Part shown: piece after piece, positions 10,595-20,045 of the stretch
How positions within the stretch are numbered: position 1 is the stretch's first letter
How the letters are laid out: the number at the start of each line of letters is the position of its first letter
Assembly (NCBI GenBank): GCA_963704655.1
Contig: OY969927.1
Span: 1 to 64,000, forward strand
Direction of reading: 5' to 3'
From: an uncultured Candidatus Babeliaceae bacterium
GTDB taxonomy: Bacteria; Babelota; Babeliae; Babelales; Babelaceae
Length of the DNA stretch: 64,000 bases
Notes under the pieces: model-generated
Databases searched by the model: none
Told to the model about the DNA's origin: nothing
The model's input: only the letters and a program-made list of their open reading frames with translations
Made by a program: the position numbers and the translations under genes

Positions 10595-10763
10595 TGCGAC
10601 TAGCGCGTCGCACGCGCCTCAGGGCTTGTGTGCGCAAGCCCTAAGATCCCGCGCACTCTTGCAGAGAGCTAATCGCCTCAAAACTAGCTCGACGAAGCAT
10701 TGAAATGCTTGATCTCGCTTCGATCCGGCATGCGCCGGGTTTGACAGTTGAGGCTCACTCGAT
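10595..10763. ncRNA. Putative multi-hairpin structured RNA/DNA element of unknown class
   Basis: GC-rich island with hairpins GCGCGT/ACGCGC, AGGGCTTG/CAAGCCCT, AAGCATT/AATGCTT, CCGGC/GCCGG and long-range GCCTCAA/TTGAGGC. Confidence 0.45.
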
Positions 10764-10793
10764 TTTTATTTATAGTTAAACACATTTAACGCA

Positions 10794-10819
10794 AAAAAAA
10801 GGGCCGAATTTTCAGCCCC
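10794..10819 (-). terminator. Rho-independent terminator
   Basis: GGGCCGAATTTTCAGCCC hairpin beside an A-run (U-tract on minus strand). Confidence 0.75.
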
Positions 10820-10825
10820 TGAATT

Positions 10826-11197
10826 TTAATCTTCTAAGATTACTTTGGTAATATCATTTTGAGAAGAAACCATTTTAAGGAACTTTTGTTGTTTGTCTAA
10901 GAATGGCTGATAATCACGCATATCTTTATTTGGTCTGTTTTTAAACGCTGGTATTTCTTTTTCGCGCCATTCAGCAATAGAGTTATGTGTTTCTTCTTGT
11001 ACTTTATCAAGAATGAGCATTTCATCTTTTGGCTGGCCCGCGCACTTTGCCGCAATAGCTGCACTAAGCTGGGCATTTAGGCCATATTTCTCTAACTTTG
11101 CTTTTAAAATCTCAGCGCTTGGCAACGTGTTGTCGCTTGCGTGTAGCATGTTTGTAAGCGTTAATAAAGATACTGCAAGAATTGCTATTTTTTTCAT
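10826..11197 (-). CDS. Secreted hypothetical protein
   Basis: MKKIAILAVSLL...LHA signal peptide; AGGA RBS. Confidence 0.8.
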   Translation of the reverse strand: MKKIAILAVSLLTLTNMLHASDNTLPSAEILKAKLEKYGLNAQLSAAIAAKCAGQPKDEMLILDKVQEETHNSIAEWREKEIPAFKNRPNKDMRDYQPFLDKQQKFLKMVSSQNDITKVILED

Positions 11198-11279
11198 ATA
11201 ATTTCCTAGGGTAACGATTGATTTCTAGATGCTATTTTAATGATAGTTTTTAAAATATGCTACTAGTTTTAATCTTTAC

Positions 11280-11423
11280 CTAGTAACCCTTTTTTTGTAG
11301 TTCTTGAATTGCATCTGGATGATCTACTAAAATTGCTTTGATAATAAAGGGTTTAAGTGTTTGTATTTCACTTGAGATTGTTTCATTTTTTTTATAATTT
11401 TTGTAATCTTCAAATTCATACAT
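11280..11423 (-). pseudogene. Possible short ORF or gene remnant (47 aa, MYEFEDYK...QKKGY)
   Basis: Open frame read manually; only weak resemblance to the C-terminus of the neighbouring secreted protein. Confidence 0.3.
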
Positions 11424-11497
11424 CTTCTCAGTTTAAAATAATTTTTATGGATTATTCTAAATGATAATTTTAAAATCTGCTAGCATATTTGAAGCTC

Positions 11498-11525
11498 AAA
11501 AAAAAGGGGCTGAATTTTCAGCCCC
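11498..11525 (-). terminator. Rho-independent terminator (near duplicate of 10794-10819)
   Basis: A-run plus GGGGCTGAATTTTCAGCCCC. Confidence 0.78.
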
Positions 11526-11571
11526 GATTTTTAAAGTTAATAGATTCTTCGTGGAAAATTTTTATTTTCCA

Positions 11572-12033
11572 TTATCTCTTTGTATTGTATTTCACAATTA
11601 TATTTACTTTGTCAAAATAAATTAACGCTTTTGCCTGTTCTTCTGGGCGAGATGAGAATAACTCAGTAATCATATTCCTGATTGATGTTTGTTGGAAATC
11701 AAAGAGGTCTTGGGCCGGCATGGTGCCTATTTTTTTATTCATATAAACAGTTGTTTCTTCTATAATAACTCTAGCTGCGCAGACAGGGGATATATATCCA
11801 CGTTCAAATTTTCCCGTTTGGGGATTTTTTACTTTAGGTAGTAGCATCTTAACGATATCAGTTTGATCCAGAAACTCTGGTTTTACAACATTTAATAGGC
11901 GTTGCCGTACTGATTCAGCATTGCTAAATTTGACGGTCGGGCCATCTTCAAGTTTATGCGCATTATCCATGGTTTGAGTAACTTGAGTCAAGCAAAGGGC
12001 CAAAGAGATAAAGAGCATTCTTAATGTTTTCAT
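11572..12033 (-). CDS. Secreted hypothetical protein
   Basis: Signal peptide ending TQT-MDN. Confidence 0.8.
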   Translation of the reverse strand: MKTLRMLFISLALCLTQVTQTMDNAHKLEDGPTVKFSNAESVRQRLLNVVKPEFLDQTDIVKMLLPKVKNPQTGKFERGYISPVCAARVIIEETTVYMNKKIGTMPAQDLFDFQQTSIRNMITELFSSRPEEQAKALIYFDKVNIIVKYNTKR

Positions 12034-12103
12034 ATAAATCCTAATGCACTATATGTATATTTAATTACGTATTTGTAATAGTATAGCAAGAGGGCTTATT
12101 TTG

Positions 12104-12799
12104 TCAAAAAGGCTTATTTTTACAGGCTTTTTTTGATTCAGAAAGCTCGGCTCGAATAGATTTTTCTAAGAGTTGGGCAAAATTTATTTTATAATCTTTA
12201 ATCGTTTCTGGGTGGCCTATAATAACGATATTTTCTGCGTTTTTTGTAGCTGCGCTATTGGTGGGGTTATATGATCCTGTTAGAACAATGGGTTGACTGC
12301 ATGCGAATTCAAAAATCCAAAATTTATTGTGCATGATATCCGGTAAGCAGGGGTTATGCAGATACACAGGTATCCCTGCTTTGATAAGTTCTGTGACTTT
12401 ACTGTAATCTTTTTCTGCATGTGAGTTGTCAGCGATTACCGTGATATTAACATCGTGAAGATGCCGTTTTATAATCGCTTGAGCGATATCGCTGTCGGTC
12501 ATGATAAACGTGGTGATAAGAATGTTATCTTTTGGTTGAGCTTTATCAAGGAGCCCCAATATAGTTTTCTTTATTATTTGGCCATCAAAAAGGGCTTGCG
12601 GCGCGGTAATACGCGTAGCGGATTTGGTGGATTCTTGAAAAAATCTGAATGTTTTTAAGATAGACTGAGGGCTTCGCTGGGCATCGAGATATTCAATCAG
12701 TGCCGTGGTGCACCCAAGTAGCGAACAGAAAAGTACGACAAAAAGAAGCGATTCAACTATTGGTGCCAATTGGCGCACTATTTTGGGTAACTTCATCAA
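12104..12799 (-). CDS. Phospholipase D/Nuc-like protein, single HKD-type motif, N-terminal membrane anchor
   Basis: MHNKFWIFE...LTGSYNPT..A...NAENI. Confidence 0.82.
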   Translation of the reverse strand: MMKLPKIVRQLAPIVESLLFVVLFCSLLGCTTALIEYLDAQRSPQSILKTFRFFQESTKSATRITAPQALFDGQIIKKTILGLLDKAQPKDNILITTFIMTDSDIAQAIIKRHLHDVNITVIADNSHAEKDYSKVTELIKAGIPVYLHNPCLPDIMHNKFWIFEFACSQPIVLTGSYNPTNSAATKNAENIVIIGHPETIKDYKINFAQLLEKSIRAELSESKKACKNKPF

Positions 12800-12886
12800 G
12801 CTATTATCAGGTTATTGAGATTTTTTAAGAAAAACTGCGTATACTAAAAGAGTATACACTATTAAAATTTAATAAAGCAGTTCATT

Positions 12887-13615
12887 ATGACGGTTAAAAA
12901 AGATCTTTACATGGTTTATGGGGCGCACCCATTAATCGAGCTTCTCAAAGCAAAAAAAAGAAAATTATATTCACTTTATACCACACGCCCAGAGCCAAAA
13001 CTCTTTCCAAAGGTTCAGCAGCTTTTGCACCCTTCGTGTACCATTCACCATGTTACTAAAGAAGAGCTTACGCGTCGTGCAGGTTCAGACGATCATCAAG
13101 GGCTTGTGGGTTATGCCACCGCGCCGCTTGAGATTCGTAAAAAACCTTTCTCCCCAGAAACACACCCATTTCTTGTTATGCTAGATGGCATTCATGATGC
13201 ACGTAACATAGGGGCTATTATCCGTTCAGCTTATTGCATCGGTGCAGATGGCATTATTGTTACTCAAAAAAATAGTGGCCCACTTAATGGTGCAGCTATA
13301 AAAGCATCAGCAGGTCTTGCTGAACATGCAGTTTTGTATGAATCGCCTACAGCTATGACGGCTATTAAAGAGCTTAAAGATGCTGGTTATAACATTTATC
13401 TGGCAGCTATTGGTGGTAAATCGGTTAACGAAGTCCACTTTAAGTTGCCGGCAGTTGTGGTTGTTGGTAATGAAGGCTATGGCATTTCTCCTGAAATTCT
13501 CAAAGAAGGCACAAAAGTGATGTTACCGCAACGCTCAAAAGATTTATCGTATAACGCTTCTGTTGCTGCGGGAATTCTGCTTTTCATTGTAGCGCAACAA
13601 TGCGGCAAAATTTAA
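12887..13615 (+). CDS. rlmB: TrmH/SpoU family rRNA methyltransferase (RlmB-like)
   Basis: YG.HP..E, DHQG, LDGIHDARNIGAIIRSA, GNEGYG and SYNASVAAG motifs. Confidence 0.88.
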   Translation: MTVKKDLYMVYGAHPLIELLKAKKRKLYSLYTTRPEPKLFPKVQQLLHPSCTIHHVTKEELTRRAGSDDHQGLVGYATAPLEIRKKPFSPETHPFLVMLDGIHDARNIGAIIRSAYCIGADGIIVTQKNSGPLNGAAIKASAGLAEHAVLYESPTAMTAIKELKDAGYNIYLAAIGGKSVNEVHFKLPAVVVVGNEGYGISPEILKEGTKVMLPQRSKDLSYNASVAAGILLFIVAQQCGKI

Positions 13616-13726
13616 GCCTAAAAGAATATATTTGATTGAAATTGTTGACTCTACGCCCATAAAAACGCTATGACTTGTATAGGGACAGTGTTTAATTCCT
13701 GACAAAAAGGGGTTAGGGGTAGGGAC

Positions 13727-14506
13727 GTGATACGGATAAGGTGGTATGACCAGAAATGGTCAAAGCTCGCTATGCTATATAGCGTAATTTGTTGTGTGGC
13801 TGTAAGCGCCATATTTTTGGTATGGTATTACGGTATTTCTGATCGGCTTATTACCACTGTTACCGTTGTTCCCGATTCTCATTTAAATTATGCAACGCGT
13901 AAATCTATTGAAGATTTTATCCAAAATTTCTGTCTTAAGAAACCCTTCGACGGAGTTTATGCTGAGCGAGGTCGAAGTGCTCAGGGTGAGCGGCCGGTGC
14001 TTGCAAATCTTAAACAAACATTTGCCTGTGTAAAAGATGCGCACGCCGTTCGTAAAAAACGTACGCATATGTACATTAAGTTTGCCGCGCATACGCCCGC
14101 AGTTGCGCTCAATAACAGCCATATTATTACGTTGGATGGATTATTAATTGGGGTACAGTTTTATCGATCAGATATTATTATTACCTTGCCGCAGATAGTA
14201 GCAGACAATGATATTATTCCGTCAGAGTTGTGCGAGTTGGCACAATGGTCAGTAACAATACCAGAAATCCTGCGTTCGCAAGCTACCATTATCTGGAAAA
14301 ATCCAACAGAGATACATCTCCTTTTTAAAGAATATCCAAAAAATCCGGTGCTTATAACCACTCAAACAGAGCTATCGCCACAATCGATTGATGCTATTAA
14401 AAAAGTTATTGCGTTACCTGATGTTACACAACTTGATGCACGCTTTGATGGCATGTTGGTTGCACGTTTGGAGAAAAAAATTAAAAGTAAAAGGAGGGGG
14501 TCATGA
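13727..14506 (+). CDS. FtsQ/DivIB-like cell division protein containing an in-frame palindromic insert
   Basis: Single N-terminal TM, C-terminal LDARF (DLRF-like), overlaps the ftsA start; identity is mainly positional. Confidence 0.65.
   Translation: MIRIRWYDQKWSKLAMLYSVICCVAVSAIFLVWYYGISDRLITTVTVVPDSHLNYATRKSIEDFIQNFCLKKPFDGVYAERGRSAQGERPVLANLKQTFACVKDAHAVRKKRTHMYIKFAAHTPAVALNNSHIITLDGLLIGVQFYRSDIIITLPQIVADNDIIPSELCELAQWSVTIPEILRSQATIIWKNPTEIHLLFKEYPKNPVLITTQTELSPQSIDAIKKVIALPDVTQLDARFDGMLVARLEKKIKSKRRGS
13941..13993. repeat. Palindromic element inside the ftsQ-like CDS
   Basis: AACCCTTCGAC-GGAGTTTATGCTGAGCGAGGTCGAAGT-GCTCAGGGTGAGCGG, translated as KPFDGVYAERGRSAQGER. Confidence 0.85.
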
Positions 14507-15708
14507 AACTGGTAGCTATAGATATTGGAACGACAAAAATTTGCGTGCTTATTGCACAACAAACGGTTGATAATGGTTTTGAAATTATTGGTATTGGCAA
14601 AGCAACATCAAAGGGCTTGGCCCGTGGAGTTGTGGTAGATATTCTTTCTGCAGCACATAGCATTAAAACGGCTATAAAAGAGGCTGAGCTCATGGCAGGT
14701 TGCAAAGTTGAATCTGCCATAATTGGGATATCGGGGAGCCATATTAATTCGTTTAATTCTCAGGGCATGATTTCGCTAAAACATAAAGATATTCGTGAGC
14801 ATGATATTAATCAAGTTCTTGCTGTTGCACAATCGGTGCCTCTTGCAGAAGGACAACAGATTTTACATGCTATTCCACAATTTTATACCATCGATACGCA
14901 CCAGAAAGTTCAAGATCCGTTAGGGATGTTTGGCATGCGTCTTGAAGCACAGGTGCATATGATCACCGGTGCTATCGGTTCAGTGCAAAATTTAATTCGT
15001 TGTTGCGAACTTGCGGGTGTTAAGGTTCAAGACATTGTGTTAGAGCCGCTTGCATCTGCGCAGGCAGTTTTAAGTGCAGATGAACGCGAAATGGGTGTAG
15101 CTTTGCTTGATATTGGTGGCGGCACATCAGACTTTGCCATTTATCAACATTCTGCAATTAGACACACCAAAGTTTTTCCGTATGCAGGAACACTTTTTAC
15201 TAACGATATCGCAGTGGTGCTGCGCACAACCAACGCAGATGCTGAACGCATAAAAAAAGAATTTGGCTGCGTGTACCACAGTTATGTTGTGCCCGGACAA
15301 GAGATTACTGTTGAGTGTGCACAAGGCGATCAAAATAAAATCGTTTATGAGCAAGAGATATATGAAATTTTAGAGTGCCGCATCACCGAACTTTTAATGT
15401 TGGTGCAGCATGAAATTGAACAGTATTATTTTGCAGTTCCAGGCGGTCTTGTTATAACCGGTGGCGGTTCGTTGTTGCATGGGTTGCAAGAGCATGCGCA
15501 GCAGCTTTTAAAATTGCCTGTTCGTATCGGCAAGCCGAAAACTGCACATTTTAAAGAATTTTTAGAAAATCCTATGCATGCAACTGGTTATGGATTATTA
15601 GTTCACGGTATGAAAAAACTGCATGGTGATGGGCGAACTTCATTTAATGGATCACTATCTCAGAAGGTTCTTTCGCGTATGAAATCATGGATTTTTGATT
15701 TCTTTTGA
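14503..15708 (+). CDS. ftsA: Cell division protein FtsA
   Basis: AIDIGTTKI, LDIGGGTSD, AERIKKEFG and GLVITGGGS motifs. Confidence 0.96.
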   Translation: MKLVAIDIGTTKICVLIAQQTVDNGFEIIGIGKATSKGLARGVVVDILSAAHSIKTAIKEAELMAGCKVESAIIGISGSHINSFNSQGMISLKHKDIREHDINQVLAVAQSVPLAEGQQILHAIPQFYTIDTHQKVQDPLGMFGMRLEAQVHMITGAIGSVQNLIRCCELAGVKVQDIVLEPLASAQAVLSADEREMGVALLDIGGGTSDFAIYQHSAIRHTKVFPYAGTLFTNDIAVVLRTTNADAERIKKEFGCVYHSYVVPGQEITVECAQGDQNKIVYEQEIYEILECRITELLMLVQHEIEQYYFAVPGGLVITGGGSLLHGLQEHAQQLLKLPVRIGKPKTAHFKEFLENPMHATGYGLLVHGMKKLHGDGRTSFNGSLSQKVLSRMKSWIFDFF

Positions 15709-15768
15709 TCCGCTGTGCTAAAATTTTTAACATAGTGCAAGCTTTATTTCATACAAAGGAGAATAACT

Positions 15769-17031
15769 ATGATAGATTTCGATCGTGATACCTTTCCCGT
15801 ATCGCCCCAGGCACGAATAAAAGTTATTGGTGTTGGTGGCGCCGGTGGTAATACCTTAAATTATATGATCGATGGACATGCGTTACATGATATCGATTTT
15901 ATTGTTACCAATACCGACGCACAAGCATTATCACAATCATACGCAACAACTAAAATTCAATTGGGTACCAAAACAACAAAAGGGCTTGGTTCTGGTGCAA
16001 ACCCAGATATCGGTAAAAAAGCTGCTGAAGAGGATCTTGCAAAGGTCTTAGAAGTGGCAGAAAATGCTGATGTTGTCTTTTTGACTGGCGGTCTTGGTGG
16101 TGGCACCGGCTCTGGCGCATTGCCCGTTATTGCGCGTGCGCTTAAAGACAGAAATATTCTTACTATTGCTGTTGTTACAAAACCGTTTGAGTTTGAAGGT
16201 AAACGCCGCAGTGTGATAGCTGAAAAAGCGCTTGAACTTTTGGCAAAAGATGTTGACACTCTTATTGTGGTTCCGAATCAAAAACTTCTTGAATTTAGTG
16301 ACCGTTCAATTTCATTGGTGCATGCATTTGGCATGGTAAACGAAGTCGTCTATCAATTTGTTCGCAGCATCGCTTCTATTATTTTAAAGCCTGGTTACAT
16401 TAACGTTGATTTTGCAGATGTTAAAGCGATTATGCAAAACATGGGTATTGCCGTTATGGGTACTGGCAAGGCTGCGGGCAAGGACCGCGCCGAGCTTGCT
16501 GCGCTTGATGCAATATCATCACCATTGCTTGAAAATGTAAGTATTGAAGGCGCACGTTCAATATTATTAAATATTACTGCCAGCTCTAAACTTGGATTGC
16601 ATGAAGTGCATACTGCCGCTTCTATTATTCAAAGCCAAGCGCATAAAGATGCAAGTATTATATTAGGTTCTGTTATTGACGACACCGTGGGCGATGATTT
16701 ATATGTCACCGTTATTGCTACGGGATTTTCTTGCCCAATTAGTTATGAAAAAGAGCCGGTTCGTGAAGTTTCACCAGCGCCGATTTCTGCGCCGGAACAA
16801 TATTATGCACAAGCAATTGCACAACAGACCCAGCCGGTGCATGTTGCAGTACCTGTTCAGCATGAACAGCGTCAAAGTGAGCATACGCCGCATTACTCAT
16901 TAACCCAGCATGAAAAAGCTTCATCGGTGCAACCTTCATATGCTCAGGCGTCTTCTGCTGCTCAAGATGATTTAGAGATTCCGACTCTCTTGCGTAAAAT
17001 GGTGAGAGAAAAGCAACAGCTTAAAAACTAA
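15769..17031 (+). CDS. ftsZ: Cell division protein FtsZ
   Basis: GVGGAGGN, GGGTGSG, NVDFADV and C-terminal DLEIPTLLRK. Confidence 0.98.
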   Translation: MIDFDRDTFPVSPQARIKVIGVGGAGGNTLNYMIDGHALHDIDFIVTNTDAQALSQSYATTKIQLGTKTTKGLGSGANPDIGKKAAEEDLAKVLEVAENADVVFLTGGLGGGTGSGALPVIARALKDRNILTIAVVTKPFEFEGKRRSVIAEKALELLAKDVDTLIVVPNQKLLEFSDRSISLVHAFGMVNEVVYQFVRSIASIILKPGYINVDFADVKAIMQNMGIAVMGTGKAAGKDRAELAALDAISSPLLENVSIEGARSILLNITASSKLGLHEVHTAASIIQSQAHKDASIILGSVIDDTVGDDLYVTVIATGFSCPISYEKEPVREVSPAPISAPEQYYAQAIAQQTQPVHVAVPVQHEQRQSEHTPHYSLTQHEKASSVQPSYAQASSAAQDDLEIPTLLRKMVREKQQLKN

Positions 17032-17054
17032 TTTTTTTTTAGGTTATAATAATA

Positions 17055-17083
17055 AATAACCCCTGTAAACCAGGGGTTATTTA
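17055..17083 (+). terminator. Terminator after ftsZ
   Basis: AATAACCCCTG-TAAAC-CAGGGGTTATT hairpin. Confidence 0.7.
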
Positions 17084-17206
17084 TATCTTGAGTGGATTAA
17101 ATTTATGCAGTAAAAAATTAAAGGGTCTTTTGTGGTATCGGTTCCTGAAAAAAATCGTGGTGTATAGCTGAAAAAGATGTGCAAAAAATTATAGGATTGA
17201 TCTCTG

Positions 17207-17404
17207 TTGCTCGATGCTCTTGGTTATGTTCATGATTTTCATGCGCTATGTAAAAAAGAAATTAAAGACTCTTTGAACTATGTTGGGTTGAGGAATGCAA
17301 CAATAGGCTCGTCTAATGTAGCATATGAAGTTTTTTGGAAGTATTTTCAACATTTAGAGCCAGTTATGGCAGAAATTGCTCGACGATTGAGTCCGGATGG
17401 ATAA
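17207..17404 (+). CDS. Small hypothetical ORF, possibly a gene remnant
   Basis: 65-aa ORF with TTG start, no motif. Confidence 0.3.
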   Translation: MLDALGYVHDFHALCKKEIKDSLNYVGLRNATIGSSNVAYEVFWKYFQHLEPVMAEIARRLSPDG

Positions 17405-17449
17405 AAATTAAAAGACTCCGTAAATCCGGGGGCTTTTTTTGGGGTTCTT

Positions 17450-18181
17450 ATGAAAAACTTATTAAAAATTTTTTATGGTTGTATAACAATTGTGGCATTT
17501 CATGAACTTTCTGCCCAAGATTTACAACAAGCGGCTCAATTGGCAGAATTTGGAAACTATAACGAATGTATATCTTTATTAGAAAGCCTGCGTGGTAATT
17601 TTACCGATCAAATGTTGGGATGGTGGGTAAAAGAAAAAATAAAGCAAGGACATGTCCCCTTGGCAGAGTTTCTTTATAATAATCCTCTTGTATGGGGACC
17701 AAGCATACTCCGCGATGCTGAAAATTTTACTGAAAGAATGTATAAAGAACTTATGATAAACAGTTGGCTCCATTGCTTGCGTGCTTTACAAGATGCCGCT
17801 TGTTATAGTAACCCTTTTTATTATGCTGATAGTGCGGATGCTATTATTGCAATGCCACTGGTATATGGTTCAGGTATTCTAGCCGAATATAGTAAAGAGA
17901 GTGGTCGTAGCTCTGAAATAATTATGGAATTGAGCTGTAAGTGGTTTAGAGAAGCTCAGGGAGTTGCCCTTGAGATTTTAACAACGATAGAACAAGAATC
18001 GCGCGGGCGAATATTGTCCCCTGAATGGGTTGTTGGGCATAGTGCGAAAAAATCATTTCCTGGTGTTGATTTATCTCATAAATCCCAATGGCCATACCGG
18101 CGCTTGTTTATACTCCAAGCAATAAAAAATGCTTATGGCATGTGTGATGAAACAAAGATCGAATTGCCATTAAACATTTAG
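17450..18181 (+). CDS. Secreted hypothetical protein
   Basis: Signal peptide (...ELSA-QD). Confidence 0.75.
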   Translation: MKNLLKIFYGCITIVAFHELSAQDLQQAAQLAEFGNYNECISLLESLRGNFTDQMLGWWVKEKIKQGHVPLAEFLYNNPLVWGPSILRDAENFTERMYKELMINSWLHCLRALQDAACYSNPFYYADSADAIIAMPLVYGSGILAEYSKESGRSSEIIMELSCKWFREAQGVALEILTTIEQESRGRILSPEWVVGHSAKKSFPGVDLSHKSQWPYRRLFILQAIKNAYGMCDETKIELPLNI

Positions 18182-18269
18182 ATTATCTATTAACCTCTAT
18201 TTTTGTATACTTAATCCAGTTTTTGTTTTATCTTTGGCAGAGATTTTTTATTAAACATAAGGGTATTGT

Positions 18270-18773
18270 ATGAAAAAATTAGTATTAATGCTGTTTGTTT
18301 GCCCATTGCTTGCAATGGGAGGAGAAAACGTAGGGCTTATTGCCAAAAACCAGCTTTTAGTAAAGTATAACGCAGCAGGGCACATTCAAAGCGCTTTGGT
18401 AGACAACCAGCCAACTGCCCAGTCTTCCATGGATACACAGGCGCGGCGGTTAACATTAAAAGAACGCTTAGAGGCTTTTCAAAAAAGGGCACAAACAGAA
18501 TCTACTCGAGAAAGAGAATGCGTAGAATGTTTTACGCTGCGGCCAAGTAGACCTACTGGTTGTGCAACAGATGGCATATTAGGTGCAGGGCTCATCGCTG
18601 TCGTTATGCCTCTCTATTGTGCAAGCAATCCTCCAGTGGCAATTGGCCTTGGTGTTACCGGGGCCGTTCTTTGCACGTGCGGCGTTTGTGTGGGTGCTGC
18701 GGCAAACAGAATAATAGATGGGCCTTTGTATGATGAAAGTGGTACGTTGCTAAAAGATGCAATCAAGCGCTAA
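18270..18773 (+). CDS. Signal peptide plus Cys-rich hydrophobic hairpin protein
   Basis: MKKLV...LLAM; two C-terminal hydrophobic segments. Confidence 0.8.
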   Translation: MKKLVLMLFVCPLLAMGGENVGLIAKNQLLVKYNAAGHIQSALVDNQPTAQSSMDTQARRLTLKERLEAFQKRAQTESTRERECVECFTLRPSRPTGCATDGILGAGLIAVVMPLYCASNPPVAIGLGVTGAVLCTCGVCVGAAANRIIDGPLYDESGTLLKDAIKR

Positions 18774-18793
18774 TCAAAGCAGAGGAACTTTTT

Positions 18794-19177
18794 ATGAAAA
18801 AGTTAGTTGTAGTATTTGTTGTTGGACAATTATTAGCGATGGATGATCGATCGGCTTTGCTTAATAAATCTGATGCTGAAAATTATCTTGCCATTATGCG
18901 TCAGCCTAACAATGTTGTGGTTATTCAACGCGGAGAGCAAAAACGATCTAAGCCTTGTATGACCCCTGCTCAAGGTAGGCTCTGCCTTTCCACAGCGTGT
19001 GCTGCTGGAGGTTGCATAACAGGTGGAGTAGGTTGTGGTTTTGCTTTTTGTTGTGGAAGTGTGGTAAATATGGTAGCAGCTAAAGCGTGTATTGCAGGTT
19101 TTGTTATTGGTGCCGCAGGGTTTGCAGGCTGTTTTGTGAGCGCTCAAGAGACTGATCTTGAAAAAGCGCGTCGCTAA
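18794..19177 (+). CDS. Signal peptide plus Cys-rich hydrophobic hairpin protein
   Basis: MKKLV...LLAMDD; Gly/Cys-rich bilobed hydrophobic region; GAGGA RBS. Confidence 0.8.
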   Translation: MKKLVVVFVVGQLLAMDDRSALLNKSDAENYLAIMRQPNNVVVIQRGEQKRSKPCMTPAQGRLCLSTACAAGGCITGGVGCGFAFCCGSVVNMVAAKACIAGFVIGAAGFAGCFVSAQETDLEKARR

Positions 19178-19248
19178 ATAGACTTTTTTATGCTTATTGA
19201 CGTTTTTGCTATATCTTTAGTAGAAGTTTTTTATATTAAGGGAATTCT

Positions 19249-19635
19249 ATGAAAAAAATAGCACTTTTATTTTTGGTTAGTGTTAATTCTTTGGTGGCAA
19301 TGGATGCAAAATTAAGATTTATAATCAAGCAACCTGAACGTTTACAAGAGATGTTTAAAGAGAAAAGCCAAGCTTTAAATTACCATTATAATAGGTTCAC
19401 TGATGCAGCAAGTATTCAAGGGTCACCTGCTAGCGCTTGCGCAGACTGTCTGACATGCTGTTGTGTTGGTTGTAGCGCATCAGCTGGAACCGCGGCTCTT
19501 GTGCTTACCTCTATTGCAAATGATGGTAACCCCACTGTTATAGCTCTTGCACTTGGGTGTGCTACATGGAGTGGAATGAGCTATTTGTTTGCAGAGAAAT
19601 TATCTCATGATAAAAATAAAAAAAAACGAGATTAA
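19249..19635 (+). CDS. Signal peptide plus Cys-rich hydrophobic hairpin protein, ends KKKRD
   Basis: MKKI...LVAMD; CADCLTCCCVGC; two hydrophobic segments. Confidence 0.8.
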   Translation: MKKIALLFLVSVNSLVAMDAKLRFIIKQPERLQEMFKEKSQALNYHYNRFTDAASIQGSPASACADCLTCCCVGCSASAGTAALVLTSIANDGNPTVIALALGCATWSGMSYLFAEKLSHDKNKKKRD

Positions 19636-19672
19636 AAAATTATAAGCCCTCGCGAAAATCGGGGTTTTTTTT

Positions 19673-20045
19673 CTATTATTGGCGATGGATGATCAGCAAT
19701 CTTTAGTTAGTCGTGAAACTGCTGCTGTTGGATATCAAGCAATTACGCAGCAATACAAATAATGTTCAAGCTACTACACAACGCTGTACTTACTGTCAGA
19801 GAGAGCTTTGTTCGCTTTGTTGTAATGGGTCAGTTGAAAATAAAATAAGAGATTGTAAAGTATTTTCTGGTTTTGCGTTGCTTTTCGGCGGCGTTATTGT
19901 CTGTTATGGGGCTCTTATTGGTGCGCCATTGGCCACGCCGACGATTCTTGGCGGCTTCATCGGTGTAGGTGGTGGTGGTTCATCATGTCTTGCACTTCGC
20001 TTGACAGAAAAAAATATGATTTCAATAATCAATAAGATTGATTGA
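19673..20045 (+). pseudogene. Frameshifted, 5'-truncated paralog of 18794..19177
   Basis: One frame reads LLLAMDDQQSLVSRETAAVGYQAITQQ (cf. LLAMDDRSALLNKSDAENYLAIMRQ); after about 19754 the adjacent frame continues TNNVQ... into the Cys-rich hairpin. Confidence 0.65.

Noticed and set aside
10595-10763. RNase P RNA, tmRNA or SRP RNA
   Set aside because: No GAGGAAAGTCC motif, no tRNA-like ends and no SRP domain IV motif found on either strand
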